Assembly (NCBI GenBank): GCA_965140785.1
Contig: OZ223475.1
Span: 32,001 to 96,000 of the forward strand
Length of the DNA stretch: 64,000 nucleotides
Direction: 5' to 3'
Origin: an uncultured Ruficoccus sp.
GTDB taxonomy: Bacteria; Verrucomicrobiota; Verrucomicrobiia; Opitutales; Cerasicoccaceae
This document shows, in pieces, positions 28,100-37,815 of this stretch (position 1 is its first letter; the number at the start of each line of letters is the position of its first letter). The translations under genes were made by a program, and so were the position numbers. The notes beneath the pieces are model-generated. The model had not been told where the DNA came from, did not search any database, and saw nothing but the letters and a program-made list of their open reading frames with translations.

Positions 28100-29554
28100 A
28101 TGATTAATATGAAGACGGATTTATCGCTTAAAGAACGTGTGTACGGCTGCTGGCTTGGGAAATCCATCGGCGGGACAATCGGGTTACCGGCCGAGGGCGA
28201 TGTCGGTCCGCTTAACTTTACGTATTACGATCCGGTCCCGACTTCGGCACCGCCTAATGACGACCTGGAACTGCAACTGGTTTGGCTCCATCTGCTAGAG
28301 CAGAAGGGCTTGGCACTGACGCAGGAGGACCTCGCACAGGCCTGGCTTGAGCACATCCACTACATGTGGGATGAGTACGGTCGCTGCCGTTGGAATCTAC
28401 GCCGTGGCGTGCCCGCTGCTGCCGTTGGTTCGTTTGAGAACTGGTTTGGGGCCGGGATGGGCTCGCCGATCCGTTCTGAGATCTGGGCCTGTGTGTGTGC
28501 GGGCAAGCCCGATGCTGCGGCCGCCTATGCGCGCTTGGATGCCTCACTGGATCACAGCCTGGAGGGGATTGAGGGCGAGGTGTACCTGGCCGTTATGCAG
28601 AGTCTGGTCTTGGCTGGTGTGCCGCTCAGGCAGGCGATGGAGGAGGCTATGTCCTTTATCGATTCGACTTCCGAAACTGCGCAAGGGCTCGCCCAGGCTT
28701 TACGCCTGTACGGGGATTGTGTTCCGGCTTGGGATGCCTACGCTCAGATCACACAGCTGCACAAGCATGATAATTTTACCCACGCGCCCCTGAACCTGTC
28801 GCTTATTGGTTGGGCGCTCGCCTACGGTGAGGGCGACTTTGATTCTTCTCTGCTCTTGGGCACAAACTGTGGTTATGACACCGACTGCACGGCGGCTACG
28901 GTGGGGGCCACGATGGGGATGCTACTGGGGGCTGAGGCTATTGACGAACGCTGGACGTCGCCAATCGGCGATGGTGTGTATGTCGGGCAGGGGATACAGG
29001 GGATTCGTGCGCCAGATACGCTGGGGGAATTGACGGAGCGCACCATGCGGATGCACGAGAGCTTTGTGCAGAGATCCCATCATGCGCTGCCCGTTGTGAA
29101 ACAAGCGCCCAAGGTGGACCTCGGGTCATTGCCGGGAACTGTGTCGTTGTTGCCTTTCGGTGCAACAGAGCCCGTGCGTTGGGCCAACGGTGAACTGCCC
29201 CGCGAGGTTCTCGGGGCGGGAGGCGCTGAGTGGGTATGGACAGTCGGGGCTGAGGTTGCTGCAGGGTGTCACCTCATTGCTTTGGCGCGTGAGGGGTGCC
29301 GCTTATACGTGGATGACAAGTTGGTGGTCGATTGTCCTTCGGGGGTTGAATTTGTGCCCGCGGTGCACCGCCCGGCCACAGCAGCAAAGGTTAAGTTTCA
29401 GCCTGAGCGTGGCAGCTACAAGGTGCGGTTGGAGTTGAACTGTAAGTCGGAGGAGCAGGATGCATCGGTACTGCTTGGTATGTTGAATAGACACCTGACT
29501 GCCTGGGATGGCAGCGTGATGCCGAATGGGGCACGGTTGGCAAACCCCAGCTAG
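28100..29554 (+). CDS. ADP-ribosylglycohydrolase-family protein with C-terminal extension
   Basis: YGCWLGKSIGGTIG, PNDDLELQ, GMGSPIRSEIWA, CGYDTDCTAATVGA. Confidence 0.85.
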   Translation: MINMKTDLSLKERVYGCWLGKSIGGTIGLPAEGDVGPLNFTYYDPVPTSAPPNDDLELQLVWLHLLEQKGLALTQEDLAQAWLEHIHYMWDEYGRCRWNLRRGVPAAAVGSFENWFGAGMGSPIRSEIWACVCAGKPDAAAAYARLDASLDHSLEGIEGEVYLAVMQSLVLAGVPLRQAMEEAMSFIDSTSETAQGLAQALRLYGDCVPAWDAYAQITQLHKHDNFTHAPLNLSLIGWALAYGEGDFDSSLLLGTNCGYDTDCTAATVGATMGMLLGAEAIDERWTSPIGDGVYVGQGIQGIRAPDTLGELTERTMRMHESFVQRSHHALPVVKQAPKVDLGSLPGTVSLLPFGATEPVRWANGELPREVLGAGGAEWVWTVGAEVAAGCHLIALAREGCRLYVDDKLVVDCPSGVEFVPAVHRPATAAKVKFQPERGSYKVRLELNCKSEEQDASVLLGMLNRHLTAWDGSVMPNGARLANPS

Positions 29555-29577
29555 GGCAAAGCAAGATTTGTATTTAT

Positions 29578-30990
29578 ATGTTGGATACACAAATGAACGG
29601 TCATGATTTTTCTTTTCCCGACGGATTCGTCTGGGGTGTGGCGGCTGCATCCGCCCAAATCGAGGGTGGCGCTCACGCGGGAGGCAAAGGGCCGTCTGTG
29701 TGGGATCACTATGCAAAGCAGGTCGGGGCGATTCGCAACGGGGACAATCTCGATGTCGCCTGCGATCATTACAATCGCTTCGCGGAGGATTTTAAGATTA
29801 TGCGCGAGCTTGGGATTCGGCACTACCGCCTGTCGATTGCCTGGCCCAGAATCTATCCCGACGGTGAGGGTGAGGTGAATGCCGAAGGACTCCGTTTTTA
29901 CCATCGTCTGTTCGACGAAATGGAGGCGAACGGGATTACTCCCTGGGTGACATTATTCCATTGGGATCTTCCGCAGGCGTTAGAGAGCCGGCTGGGAGGA
30001 TGGCGCTCACGTAAAGTGGTTGATGCTTTTGCGCAATATGCTGACACCGTTTTGCAATCGTTCGGGGAACGCGTGCGTCACTGGTTTACTATCAACGAAA
30101 TGGTGGCTTTTACGGCCAATGCTTATGGTCGTGGACGTAACGCACCGGGCTTGAGCCTCGATGAGAAAACGGTGACGCGGACCTATCATCACGCGCTACT
30201 GTGCCACGGGCATGCGGTGCGTGCGGTGCGCGAGTATGGGCAGCCCGGAAGCATTGTTGGCCTCGTTGACAATCCGATGGTCGCGATGCCACTGGATGAA
30301 AGTAAACCGGAGGACCTGGAGGCAGCGCGGACTTGCTTCAAGCAAGATAGTATGCGCGTGCTCAACCCCATCTATCATGGCGCTTACACCGACGAATACA
30401 TCGAAATGTTTGGTGAAGATGTTTTGCCAGATGTGCAGGCGGGTGACTTCAGTTTGATTTCATCACCCTGCGACTTTCTTGGGCTGAACCTTTACTGGGG
30501 TTACTACGTGAGGGCAGGGGAGAATGCTGAGCCGCAGAAAGTCGATTTTCCCGAAAGCTATCCGAGTGCTTCGAGTTGGTGGCAGAAGTTGACTCCGCGG
30601 TGCATGTATTGGGGAGTCCGGCATGTTCATGATCTCTATGGCCCTAAGACTATCTATATTACCGAGAACGGTTGTGGATATACGGATGAGGTGGTTGTTG
30701 ATGGCGAATGCCTGGATCTACACCGAAGAGATTTTGTGAGGAGTTGCCTGATGGAACTTCATGCTGCGATTGCTGAGGGCATCGATGTGAAAGGCTATTT
30801 CCTCTGGTCACTGCTGGATAATTTCGAGTGGTCGCAGGGCTACTCAATTCGCTTCGGGATCATCCACATTGACTATGAGACCCTTAAACGAACTCCCAAG
30901 CTGAGTGCCCGTTGGTATGCGCAAGTCATTGCCACCAACACGCTATCGTCCGGATCTTGCCTGTTATCGAACACGTGCGATGCGCTGTGA
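29578..30990 (+). CDS. GH1 beta-glucosidase
   Basis: FVWGVAAASAQIEG, DHYNRFAED, TLFHWDLP, TINE, YITENG, WSLLDNFEW. Confidence 0.93.
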   Translation: MLDTQMNGHDFSFPDGFVWGVAAASAQIEGGAHAGGKGPSVWDHYAKQVGAIRNGDNLDVACDHYNRFAEDFKIMRELGIRHYRLSIAWPRIYPDGEGEVNAEGLRFYHRLFDEMEANGITPWVTLFHWDLPQALESRLGGWRSRKVVDAFAQYADTVLQSFGERVRHWFTINEMVAFTANAYGRGRNAPGLSLDEKTVTRTYHHALLCHGHAVRAVREYGQPGSIVGLVDNPMVAMPLDESKPEDLEAARTCFKQDSMRVLNPIYHGAYTDEYIEMFGEDVLPDVQAGDFSLISSPCDFLGLNLYWGYYVRAGENAEPQKVDFPESYPSASSWWQKLTPRCMYWGVRHVHDLYGPKTIYITENGCGYTDEVVVDGECLDLHRRDFVRSCLMELHAAIAEGIDVKGYFLWSLLDNFEWSQGYSIRFGIIHIDYETLKRTPKLSARWYAQVIATNTLSSGSCLLSNTCDAL

Positions 30991-31049
30991 GTGACCCGTT
31001 AACCATTTAGAAATAGGTGTTCATCAACAGAGACTTGTAGGCGGGCAGG

Positions 31050-31190
31050 CATCTTCTACGTTTAGACCTTCGCTTGCGCGAAGGATACGGATGATCTCTT
31101 CGGTGCTTCGTCTTCCTCGTTTCATACTCGATTATCTGTCATTTGACAGAAAATCATCTCACTAGCAATGGACCGGTTTCGGCAGGCTCA
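31050..31190 (-). mobile_element. IS3-family remnant: left end plus orfA 5' part
   Basis: Minus strand starts TGAGCCTGCCGAAACCGGTCC, has a hairpin before ATG 31125, then encodes MKRGRRSTEEIIRILRASEGLNVEDAC, similar to orfA at 60742 (MKGKRYSTEQKIRILRAADAGRAIVDVC). Not in the ORF track. Confidence 0.8.
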
Positions 31191-31280
31191 GGCATCTACG
31201 CCAGAACCTCAAAAACCAAACCAACCAACACAATCACACGACCGGAAAGCGATCATAGCGACTGGGCCAAATCGTGGGAC

Positions 31281-31433
31281 TCAGCCAGGATGCAGGCGGT
31301 AGACCCGCTCCGACTCCTCGGAGACCTGGTTGAGGTCGCTCAGCTCCGCCCGCACCGTCACCCCGTACTGGTGCGACGAGTAGCCGGGCAGCCCGAGTTT
31401 TTTGGAATAATTGGCCTCCAGCACGATTGCCAT
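31281..31433 (-). pseudogene. Short, probably truncated mobile-element gene
   Basis: GAAAGGAG RBS, then MAIVLEANYSKKLGLPGYSSHQYGVTVRAELSDLNQVSEESERVYRLHPG-stop. Resembles a small protein I associate with verrucomicrobial prophages/ICEs (recollection, unverified). Confidence 0.5.
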
Positions 31434-31700
31434 GGAGGGCCTCCTTTCTCTTGCGTGACCGCCGCAGATACAACAAGACCCGGACTGCGGTCGCCCGACC
31501 GGGTCTCGGATAACGGAGCCCCCGCTATCAACTCTATATAACGCAGAAACGGGGCCTTTTGCGGAGGAGAGCGAGGATGCTACAAACGTCGGGATATATC
31601 GCAGTCGCTCGGCGATATATTCTTATTTCAATTCTTACTTAGGTCTATGTTGATCGATGGCTATCTCGTAAGGCGTTGCTGGTTAGCAACAATAAAAAAA

Positions 31701-31718
31701 TGGTCGGGCTGAGAGGAT
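31701..31718 (-). repeat. att-like partial copy of a tRNA-Pro 3' end
   Basis: TGGTCGGGCTGAGAGGAT versus TGGTCGGGCTGCAGGGAT at 31867. Confidence 0.65.
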
Positions 31719-31866
31719 AAATTTACGAACCGGTTCGTACCCCGCGTATCCCGGCAGCAAACCAGCGGTGATCAATTTCAGAAATGGGAAAAAATGTCTG
31801 TCGCACAACAGACTCCTCGTGAAAAAGGGAGATGCGCAGCATCTCGTTTCCAAAGCTCTGCTTTGG

Positions 31867-31943
<77 letters not shown>

Positions 31944-32226
31944 TCAAGAAATCGGGAAAGAGTCGAAGATGGCAAAGCTACCGATACAGGCAAGTTTTTT
32001 TATCACTTTGGGTAAAACTTTGGCGAATCAGGTAATAGAGGGGTCTGGCTGGCGTTCCGGGCTCTCGGCACTGTACGCAAACCTGTTCAGGTCACATCCT
32101 TGTGTCTGTTTGGGTCTGAATTTCGTGTCCTCACCTCGACAAATCTTAGTTTGCCTCGGCGCGAAGCCTGAATTTTGGCTTCAAAAATCGGCTTTTCCTG
32201 TTCGTTCCGTAATTTGAGGACAAAGC

Positions 32227-32640
32227 CTAGGGAGAGCGGGGTGGAGGGCCGCCGGACACAGACAGGAGCCACTCCAGGGCGTTGGGAGGGGGTGGGGAAC
32301 CCCCTCGACGCCAGACGAGCTGTCCCTTGCCATCGCCGGTATAGGTGCCGTCTTTGAGGGCGGGCGTGGAGGCCGAGGTTGCCTGGGTCTTTTTATTGAT
32401 CCAATAACCCACCCACCAGGTCGTGCGCCCGTCGGGGTTTCCCCAGGCGGCTTGGGGGCTCTTGGGCACGGGCAGGATATAGTACCAGCCGTCGGCGCGG
32501 ATTTGCAGGGCCAGCCGGACGGTGGCGGCGTCGGTTTTGATTCCGTCGCGCAACTCCGGCGGAATGACGATTTCCTCTGCCCTGCCATGTGTCTGAAAGA
32601 GCAGCAGGGCCAGGAGAGTTAAAAGGAATGTCCGGTTCAT
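32227..32640 (-). CDS. Small exported hypothetical protein
   Basis: Signal peptide MNRTFLLTLLALLLFQTHGRA; Trp/Pro-rich mature part. Confidence 0.65.
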   Translation of the reverse strand: MNRTFLLTLLALLLFQTHGRAEEIVIPPELRDGIKTDAATVRLALQIRADGWYYILPVPKSPQAAWGNPDGRTTWWVGYWINKKTQATSASTPALKDGTYTGDGKGQLVWRRGGSPPPPNALEWLLSVSGGPPPRSP

Positions 32641-32680
32641 GGCCGGGGAGGGCGGAAAGGGCTGTCTCATGCCCTGGCAG

Positions 32681-35161
32681 TTACCAGTGCAGGCGGCAGT
32701 TGAAGCGCTGCCGCTGGGCGGGAGTAAGTTCGGGCAGGTCGGCGACCTGGGTGACGGAGAAATAGCTGGCGAGGAAGACACGGGCCAGCTCCTTGAGCTC
32801 GCGCCAGCGGTCCCAGTTATAGTCGGGGGCGAAGCTGAGGTGGTTCAAAATACTGCGCCACTCCAGCAGGGCGCGTTCGATGTCGCCGTGGCGGAGATTA
32901 TCCGAGACCAGTTCGGCGCGGGCGCCGGGGGTGGTGCGGATTTTGGTCAAGACTTCGGCGGCGCCGTTGCCGTATTCGGGTGGCACTCCCTGCTCCAGGT
33001 AGCCAGGGCAGGTGAGGCCGTGGTAGCGCAGACGGCAGATGTTGCCCAGGCGCGAGCTGGCGTCCTCGTACTCCTCGAAGCGGTGCCCGGCGCGGAGGTT
33101 GGCGAGGTCGTAGAGGAGATCCTCCAGGGCGTAGCTCTCGTCTTCGAGCGCGGCGGCGATGGCCAGGCCCTCGCCGTGGTTGAAAAAGCTGAAAATAACG
33201 CCCCGGCGGGTGGGGTGCTTGTTCTCGTCAATGAGGCCGAGCTGATGCCACCACTCGGCGGGGGTGGAGCGAGGCTGGTTTTCGCCGGTGGGCGGTCCGG
33301 CCAGTTCGGCAAATGTGGGGAAAGGCGGGGGCTCGACGATGCGGAAGGGCGGATTGATGAGGGCGCGTCCGTGCGAGTCGATCCGGGCGAAGACCTGCGC
33401 ACCGGAGTAGTCCAGCCGGGCGCTGATGAGGCCGTTGTGCTCAATGAGATCCCGGACTTTGCCGCCTTGGGTGAAGTAGGGCAACAGCGGCACCAGATCG
33501 CGCTCGAAGTGCTCCAGCTTCCATTGGCGGCCAGGGAGTCGTGCCTGCGGGTCGCTCTGCTGATAGTAGGATCGCACGTGCTGGTACATCCATTTGACCA
33601 GGGTGACCGAGCCGGAGCCGGACTTTTGCGGCATCATGGCCAGGGCGACCTGACGCCCATAGGTGTTGCCGTCCCCGCCGCCAAGTTTACAGAGGTTGCC
33701 GACCTGGATGCGGGCCAGGGACTCGGGCAGGCGAAGGGCTTTGCGCCAGCGGCCCTTGCCGTAGATAAGGGTCTCGCCCAGCCGGGCCTTGGTGCGGGGG
33801 CGCTGGCGCTCCCATTCCCCGGCGGAGTTGAGCATCTCCTTGATCTTGGGGCGGGTGGCGCTCTCCTCGCGTTGGGCTTCGACCTGCTTTTGCAGGCTGT
33901 GGCGGGAGCGGGAAATATTCAGCTGCCGCAGACCGAGCGAAATCGGGCGCTCGCTGAAGAGGCGTTCGGCCAGCTTTTCGGCGGCGGCCACGGGGGAGTC
34001 GCCCTGCTGGCGGGCGGTGTGCATGACCGAGAGGAAGCTGCCCCAATCCACGTGCGGCGAGCGGCGCAGTTGCAGGGGGCGGGCCTCGTTGAGCCGGGGC
34101 TTGCCGGGGGCGACGAGGACGTAGCCCTTTTCGTCGAGGCCCCGCCGTCCGGCGCGTCCGAACATTTGCAAAAGCTCGTCCGCGCGCACGAGTTGGCTGC
34201 GGTTACCGGCCTGGTACTCGCGGTCGGTCACGAGAACGGACTTCATGCAGAAGTTGATCCCGGCGGCCAAGCCGGTGGTGGCTACGATGACGCGAAGCTG
34301 GCCCTTTTTGGCCAAGGGCTCGATCAGTCCGGCGCGCTGCTGGTAGCTCAAGCCGCTGTGGTGGAAGGCGATGCGATTTCTTAAAAGCTTGGCCAGGGGG
34401 TCACCGGCGAGCTGCCGCTGCTCGGGGGTGAGCTCCAACCACTCGGGCAGGGGGAGGGCGGCGCTGAGCTGGCGGGCGAGGTCCTCGGCGGCGTGGCGGC
34501 GGGGGGCGAAGACCAGGATCGGCCCGAAGTCGGCCACCAGCGCGCGGGCGATAAACTGCGGCCAGAAGCCCCGGATGTTACCCGGCAGGCGGCTCGGAAG
34601 GGCCTCCAGCATGATTTCGTCCTGGGGGACGGGGCGCTCGTGCCGGTACACCATCTCGGCGTCGCGCCCGATGCGTTTGAGCCAGCCGAGGACGCGCTGG
34701 GGGTTGCCGACGCTGCCGCTGAGGAGCAAAAGCTGGGTGCCGGGCGGAGCCGAGGCGACGGCGAGCTCGTAGTTCACGCCGCGGGTGGCGTCGCCGAGCA
34801 TCTGGTACTCGTCGATGACGAGGAGGCCAGGCCCCTCACCCTTGAGGAAGCGGCCTTTCTGCGTCTCCAGGGTGGCGACCACGACGGGGGCGTCGGTCTT
34901 TTCGGAGACGTCGCCGGTGGCGATGCCGACGTTCCAACCCTGCCGCCGCCACTCGTAGAGCTTGTCATTGGCCAGGGCGCGAGTGGGCACGGTGTAGATG
35001 GCCTGGTGCTTGAAGCCGCTCTTCATCAGCAGCTCGAAGATGTAGGTCTTACCAGCGCCGGTGGGGGCGTGGACAACGACGTCTTTGCCGTCCTTGAGAA
35101 AATTAACCGCCTCCTGCTGCCACAGGTCGGGGATTTTCAGATTGGTAGCAAGCCCTTCCAC
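32681..35161 (-). CDS. Ski2-like DEAD/DEAH-box helicase
   Basis: APTGAGKT, PTRALAN, DEYQ, LLSGS, HHSGL, ATTGLAAGIN, QMFGRAGRRG. Confidence 0.9.
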   Translation of the reverse strand: MEGLATNLKIPDLWQQEAVNFLKDGKDVVVHAPTGAGKTYIFELLMKSGFKHQAIYTVPTRALANDKLYEWRRQGWNVGIATGDVSEKTDAPVVVATLETQKGRFLKGEGPGLLVIDEYQMLGDATRGVNYELAVASAPPGTQLLLLSGSVGNPQRVLGWLKRIGRDAEMVYRHERPVPQDEIMLEALPSRLPGNIRGFWPQFIARALVADFGPILVFAPRRHAAEDLARQLSAALPLPEWLELTPEQRQLAGDPLAKLLRNRIAFHHSGLSYQQRAGLIEPLAKKGQLRVIVATTGLAAGINFCMKSVLVTDREYQAGNRSQLVRADELLQMFGRAGRRGLDEKGYVLVAPGKPRLNEARPLQLRRSPHVDWGSFLSVMHTARQQGDSPVAAAEKLAERLFSERPISLGLRQLNISRSRHSLQKQVEAQREESATRPKIKEMLNSAGEWERQRPRTKARLGETLIYGKGRWRKALRLPESLARIQVGNLCKLGGGDGNTYGRQVALAMMPQKSGSGSVTLVKWMYQHVRSYYQQSDPQARLPGRQWKLEHFERDLVPLLPYFTQGGKVRDLIEHNGLISARLDYSGAQVFARIDSHGRALINPPFRIVEPPPFPTFAELAGPPTGENQPRSTPAEWWHQLGLIDENKHPTRRGVIFSFFNHGEGLAIAAALEDESYALEDLLYDLANLRAGHRFEEYEDASSRLGNICRLRYHGLTCPGYLEQGVPPEYGNGAAEVLTKIRTTPGARAELVSDNLRHGDIERALLEWRSILNHLSFAPDYNWDRWRELKELARVFLASYFSVTQVADLPELTPAQRQRFNCRLHW

Positions 35162-35413
35162 TTACGGGACCACATATTAAGCACATACCGGGCCGGTTGG
35201 CAATGTTTCTTCGTGGGCAATCGTGTGACATTTCGGCTGCGGTATGTGCCTACTGGCCGGTTTCTGGCTACGGGGTTAACGCTTGATAGGGACCGGTCGC
35301 CGGGAGCGTAGGCGATTCCCCCAATAACCAAGCACCAATGACTATTAACAAGTAACTAATGACCCCTAACAAATCCTTGTCGTCGCTCAGAGGGGCTCTA
35401 GTCTGGAGTACAG

Positions 35414-36130
35414 ATGAAAGCCAGCGACCTGTTTGATTTTCCCGAAAGCATGCCCTTCGCCCGCTATTTCAGCCCGGACGAGCCGCCCTGGGTCTGGGTG
35501 ATGAAGGTTGGGATGGCGGCGCAGGAGTTCGACTTCCTGAGGGCCGAGGGTATGCACGGCAACATCCCTGCGGGGGTCAAGCTCTCCGGCAAGGTCTACA
35601 TCCACCACTCGGTCAAGCTGCCGCCCTACGCGGTCATCGAGGGGCCGGCCTGGATCGGGGAAGGAGCGGAAATCCGTCCCGGCGCCTACATCCGGGGAAA
35701 GGTCATCGTCGGCCCCGGTTCGGTCGTGGGTAACTCCACCGAGTTGAAAAACTGCCTCTTGATGGAAAACGTGCAGGCCCCGCACTTCAACTACGTGGGC
35801 GACTCGATCCTGGGGAACAAGGCCCACCTCGGTGCGGGCGTCATCTGTGCCAACCTGCGGCTCGATCAGTCGCCGGTCATCGTGCAGACCCCGGACGGGC
35901 GCGTCGATACCGGCATGCGCAAACTCGGCGCGTTGATGGGGGACTGCTCCGAAGCCGGTTGCAACGCCGTACTCCAGCCCGGCACGATCCTGGGGAAGGC
36001 GGCGGCGGTCATGCCCACGCTGGCCTTCGGCGGCTACCTGGAGGGTGGGACCCTGGCCTTTAACCGGCCCGTCATCGGGCGGGTGCCCCGCCGGGATTAT
36101 CCCAAAAGCACGCCCAACGCGGCCCGGTGA
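35414..36130 (+). CDS. Left-handed beta-helix acyltransferase (GlmU C-terminal-like)
   Basis: Hexapeptide repeats; IRPGAYIRG, HFNYVGDSILG, GAGVICAN, RKLGA. Confidence 0.85.
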   Translation: MKASDLFDFPESMPFARYFSPDEPPWVWVMKVGMAAQEFDFLRAEGMHGNIPAGVKLSGKVYIHHSVKLPPYAVIEGPAWIGEGAEIRPGAYIRGKVIVGPGSVVGNSTELKNCLLMENVQAPHFNYVGDSILGNKAHLGAGVICANLRLDQSPVIVQTPDGRVDTGMRKLGALMGDCSEAGCNAVLQPGTILGKAAAVMPTLAFGGYLEGGTLAFNRPVIGRVPRRDYPKSTPNAAR

Positions 36131-36873
36131 ACATCCGGGCTTCCGGCCAAGGCGGAGCGGCCCTGGGCGGCGTCCCCGCCTTGCCAGTCCGTGATGAGCC
36201 CTCCGGCCCCCCGGATGACGGGGATCAGCGCCATCAGATCCCAAGTCTCCAGCACGGGGTCGAGCATCAGGTCGGCCCGGCCCGTGGCGACAAGGAAGTA
36301 CCCATAGCAGTCGCCCCAGGCACGCGTCAGCCAGGCCGCTTCGGCCAGCTTGTCGAGGCCGGGGACATGGTGCTTCCCCTGGGCTAAGAGGGCCGGGTCG
36401 GTGGTTGAAATAACGGCCTGGTCGAGACTCGGACAGGGGCGGACGCTGACGGGGCGGCCGTTGAGGGTGGTGGTGGCGTTGTCGCCGATTAACAATTCGC
36501 CGAGGACGGGCTGGTGGATGCAGCCCAGGACGGGCTCGCCCCGGTGCAGGAGCGCAATCAGCGTGCCGAAGAGCGGGACGTGGCTGATGAAGGACTTGGT
36601 GCCGTCGATCGGATCGAGCACCCAGACAAATTCCGCGTCTTCGCGCTCATTGCCGAACTCCTCCGCAATGATGCCGTGGGTCGGGTAGTTTTTGGCGATC
36701 ATTGCGCGCATGAGCTGCTCGGCCCCGCGGTCGGCGTCGGTCACCGGGGTCGAGTCGGCCTTGCGCTCGACATGCAGGTCGTCCTCACGCCAGTAGCGCA
36801 GGATGAGTTCGCCGCTGGCCTGGGCCAGCTCGGTCATGAAGGCTTTGAGTTCGTCGCGTAGGGAGGCGTCCAT
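36097..36873 (-). CDS. hisN: Histidinol-phosphatase (inositol monophosphatase family)
   Basis: KADSTPVTDADR, AEEFG, WVLDPIDGTKSF, WGDCYGY, WDLMALIP. Confidence 0.85.
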   Translation of the reverse strand: MDASLRDELKAFMTELAQASGELILRYWREDDLHVERKADSTPVTDADRGAEQLMRAMIAKNYPTHGIIAEEFGNEREDAEFVWVLDPIDGTKSFISHVPLFGTLIALLHRGEPVLGCIHQPVLGELLIGDNATTTLNGRPVSVRPCPSLDQAVISTTDPALLAQGKHHVPGLDKLAEAAWLTRAWGDCYGYFLVATGRADLMLDPVLETWDLMALIPVIRGAGGLITDWQGGDAAQGRSALAGSPDVHRAALGVLLG

Positions 36874-37011
36874 GGAAAGGAGTTTTTAACCTAATGCCGT
36901 CCCACGCAAGCTCCGGCTGTTGGTCAGAGAATCATCCCCGGCCAGGTTAGAGGGTTTACAAAGCAAGCCTTGTTTTTTTTCCGCAATCGCGTGTAAGCTG
37001 AGGCCAGAGAC

Positions 37012-37680
37012 ATGCATTGGAAAGATTGCCCCATCCATGTGGTGGATTTTGAAGGGAGCCGCGGCAGTGGCGTGGTCGAGTTCGGCCTGGTTACTCTCTG
37101 GGACGGTGACATCGCCAGTTGCGCGACGCGCCTGTGCCGCCCTTCCGGCCTGATTTCCGCGCAAGAGCGCGCCCAGCACGGCATTTCCCAGGACGAGGCC
37201 CGACTGAGCGAACCCTTTTCGGCGGAGTGGGAACGCTTCACCGGCCTGCGCAAGAGTGGGCCCATGGCGGCGCACCACGCCATGGTCGAGAACGGCTTTC
37301 TCAAAGCCCAGTGGGCCTATCCGCCGTCCTCGCCGGATTTTCTGCATGAGGGGCAGATGATCGCCGATTGGGGGCCGTGGATCGATACCCGGCAGCTCTA
37401 CGCGAGCGTTTACCCCGACCTGAGCGGCTATGGGCTCTCGGAGTTGATCGGGACGCTCGGGCTTCAGGACGAGTTAAACAGCCGGGCCGAGCGGCACTGC
37501 CCCGAGCGGCGCGGCAAGTACCATTGCGCGCTCTACGACGCGCTCGCCTCCGCGCTGCTTCTGCTCAAGATGGGCGAGCAGGAGGGCTTCGAAAACATGA
37601 GCGTTCCCTGGCTGATCACGCAGAGCCAGTCCTCCGCCGACAAGCGCGAAGCGGCCCGCCAGGGCGGGCTGTTCGAGTAG
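37012..37680 (+). CDS. DEDDh 3'-5' exonuclease
   Basis: VDFEGS, HGI, WIDT, HCALYDA. Confidence 0.8.
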   Translation: MHWKDCPIHVVDFEGSRGSGVVEFGLVTLWDGDIASCATRLCRPSGLISAQERAQHGISQDEARLSEPFSAEWERFTGLRKSGPMAAHHAMVENGFLKAQWAYPPSSPDFLHEGQMIADWGPWIDTRQLYASVYPDLSGYGLSELIGTLGLQDELNSRAERHCPERRGKYHCALYDALASALLLLKMGEQEGFENMSVPWLITQSQSSADKREAARQGGLFE

Positions 37681-37815
37681 AAGGGCTTCGCCGCGCAGGG
37701 CGCAGGCAGGGAGCGGAGGAAAGTTTCTCCGGTTTGCTTTGAACGGTGGAGCCTTTTCGCCGTCTATCCCTGTTAACCAAGCTTCTTACCCTCTTTTTCT
37801 CAGCTTATTCGCGGC

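Larger units (their letters stand above)
19640..31866. mobile_element. Decayed genomic island between convergent tRNA-Lys and tRNA-Pro carrying a carbohydrate locus
   Basis: Flanking tRNAs, IS3 fragments at both sides, att-like copy of the tRNA-Pro 3' end, visibly lower GC than the backbone. No integrase remains. Confidence 0.7.

Noticed and set aside
32639..34384. 581-aa plus-strand ORF
   Set aside because: Antisense shadow of the helicase gene
32681..35161. Ski2-like helicase as a defence gene
   Set aside because: Host-like GC, outside the islands, among housekeeping genes, with no partner nuclease
35320..35385. Short AATGAC...TAACAA tandem in an intergenic region
   Set aside because: Only two degenerate units; no function can be supported
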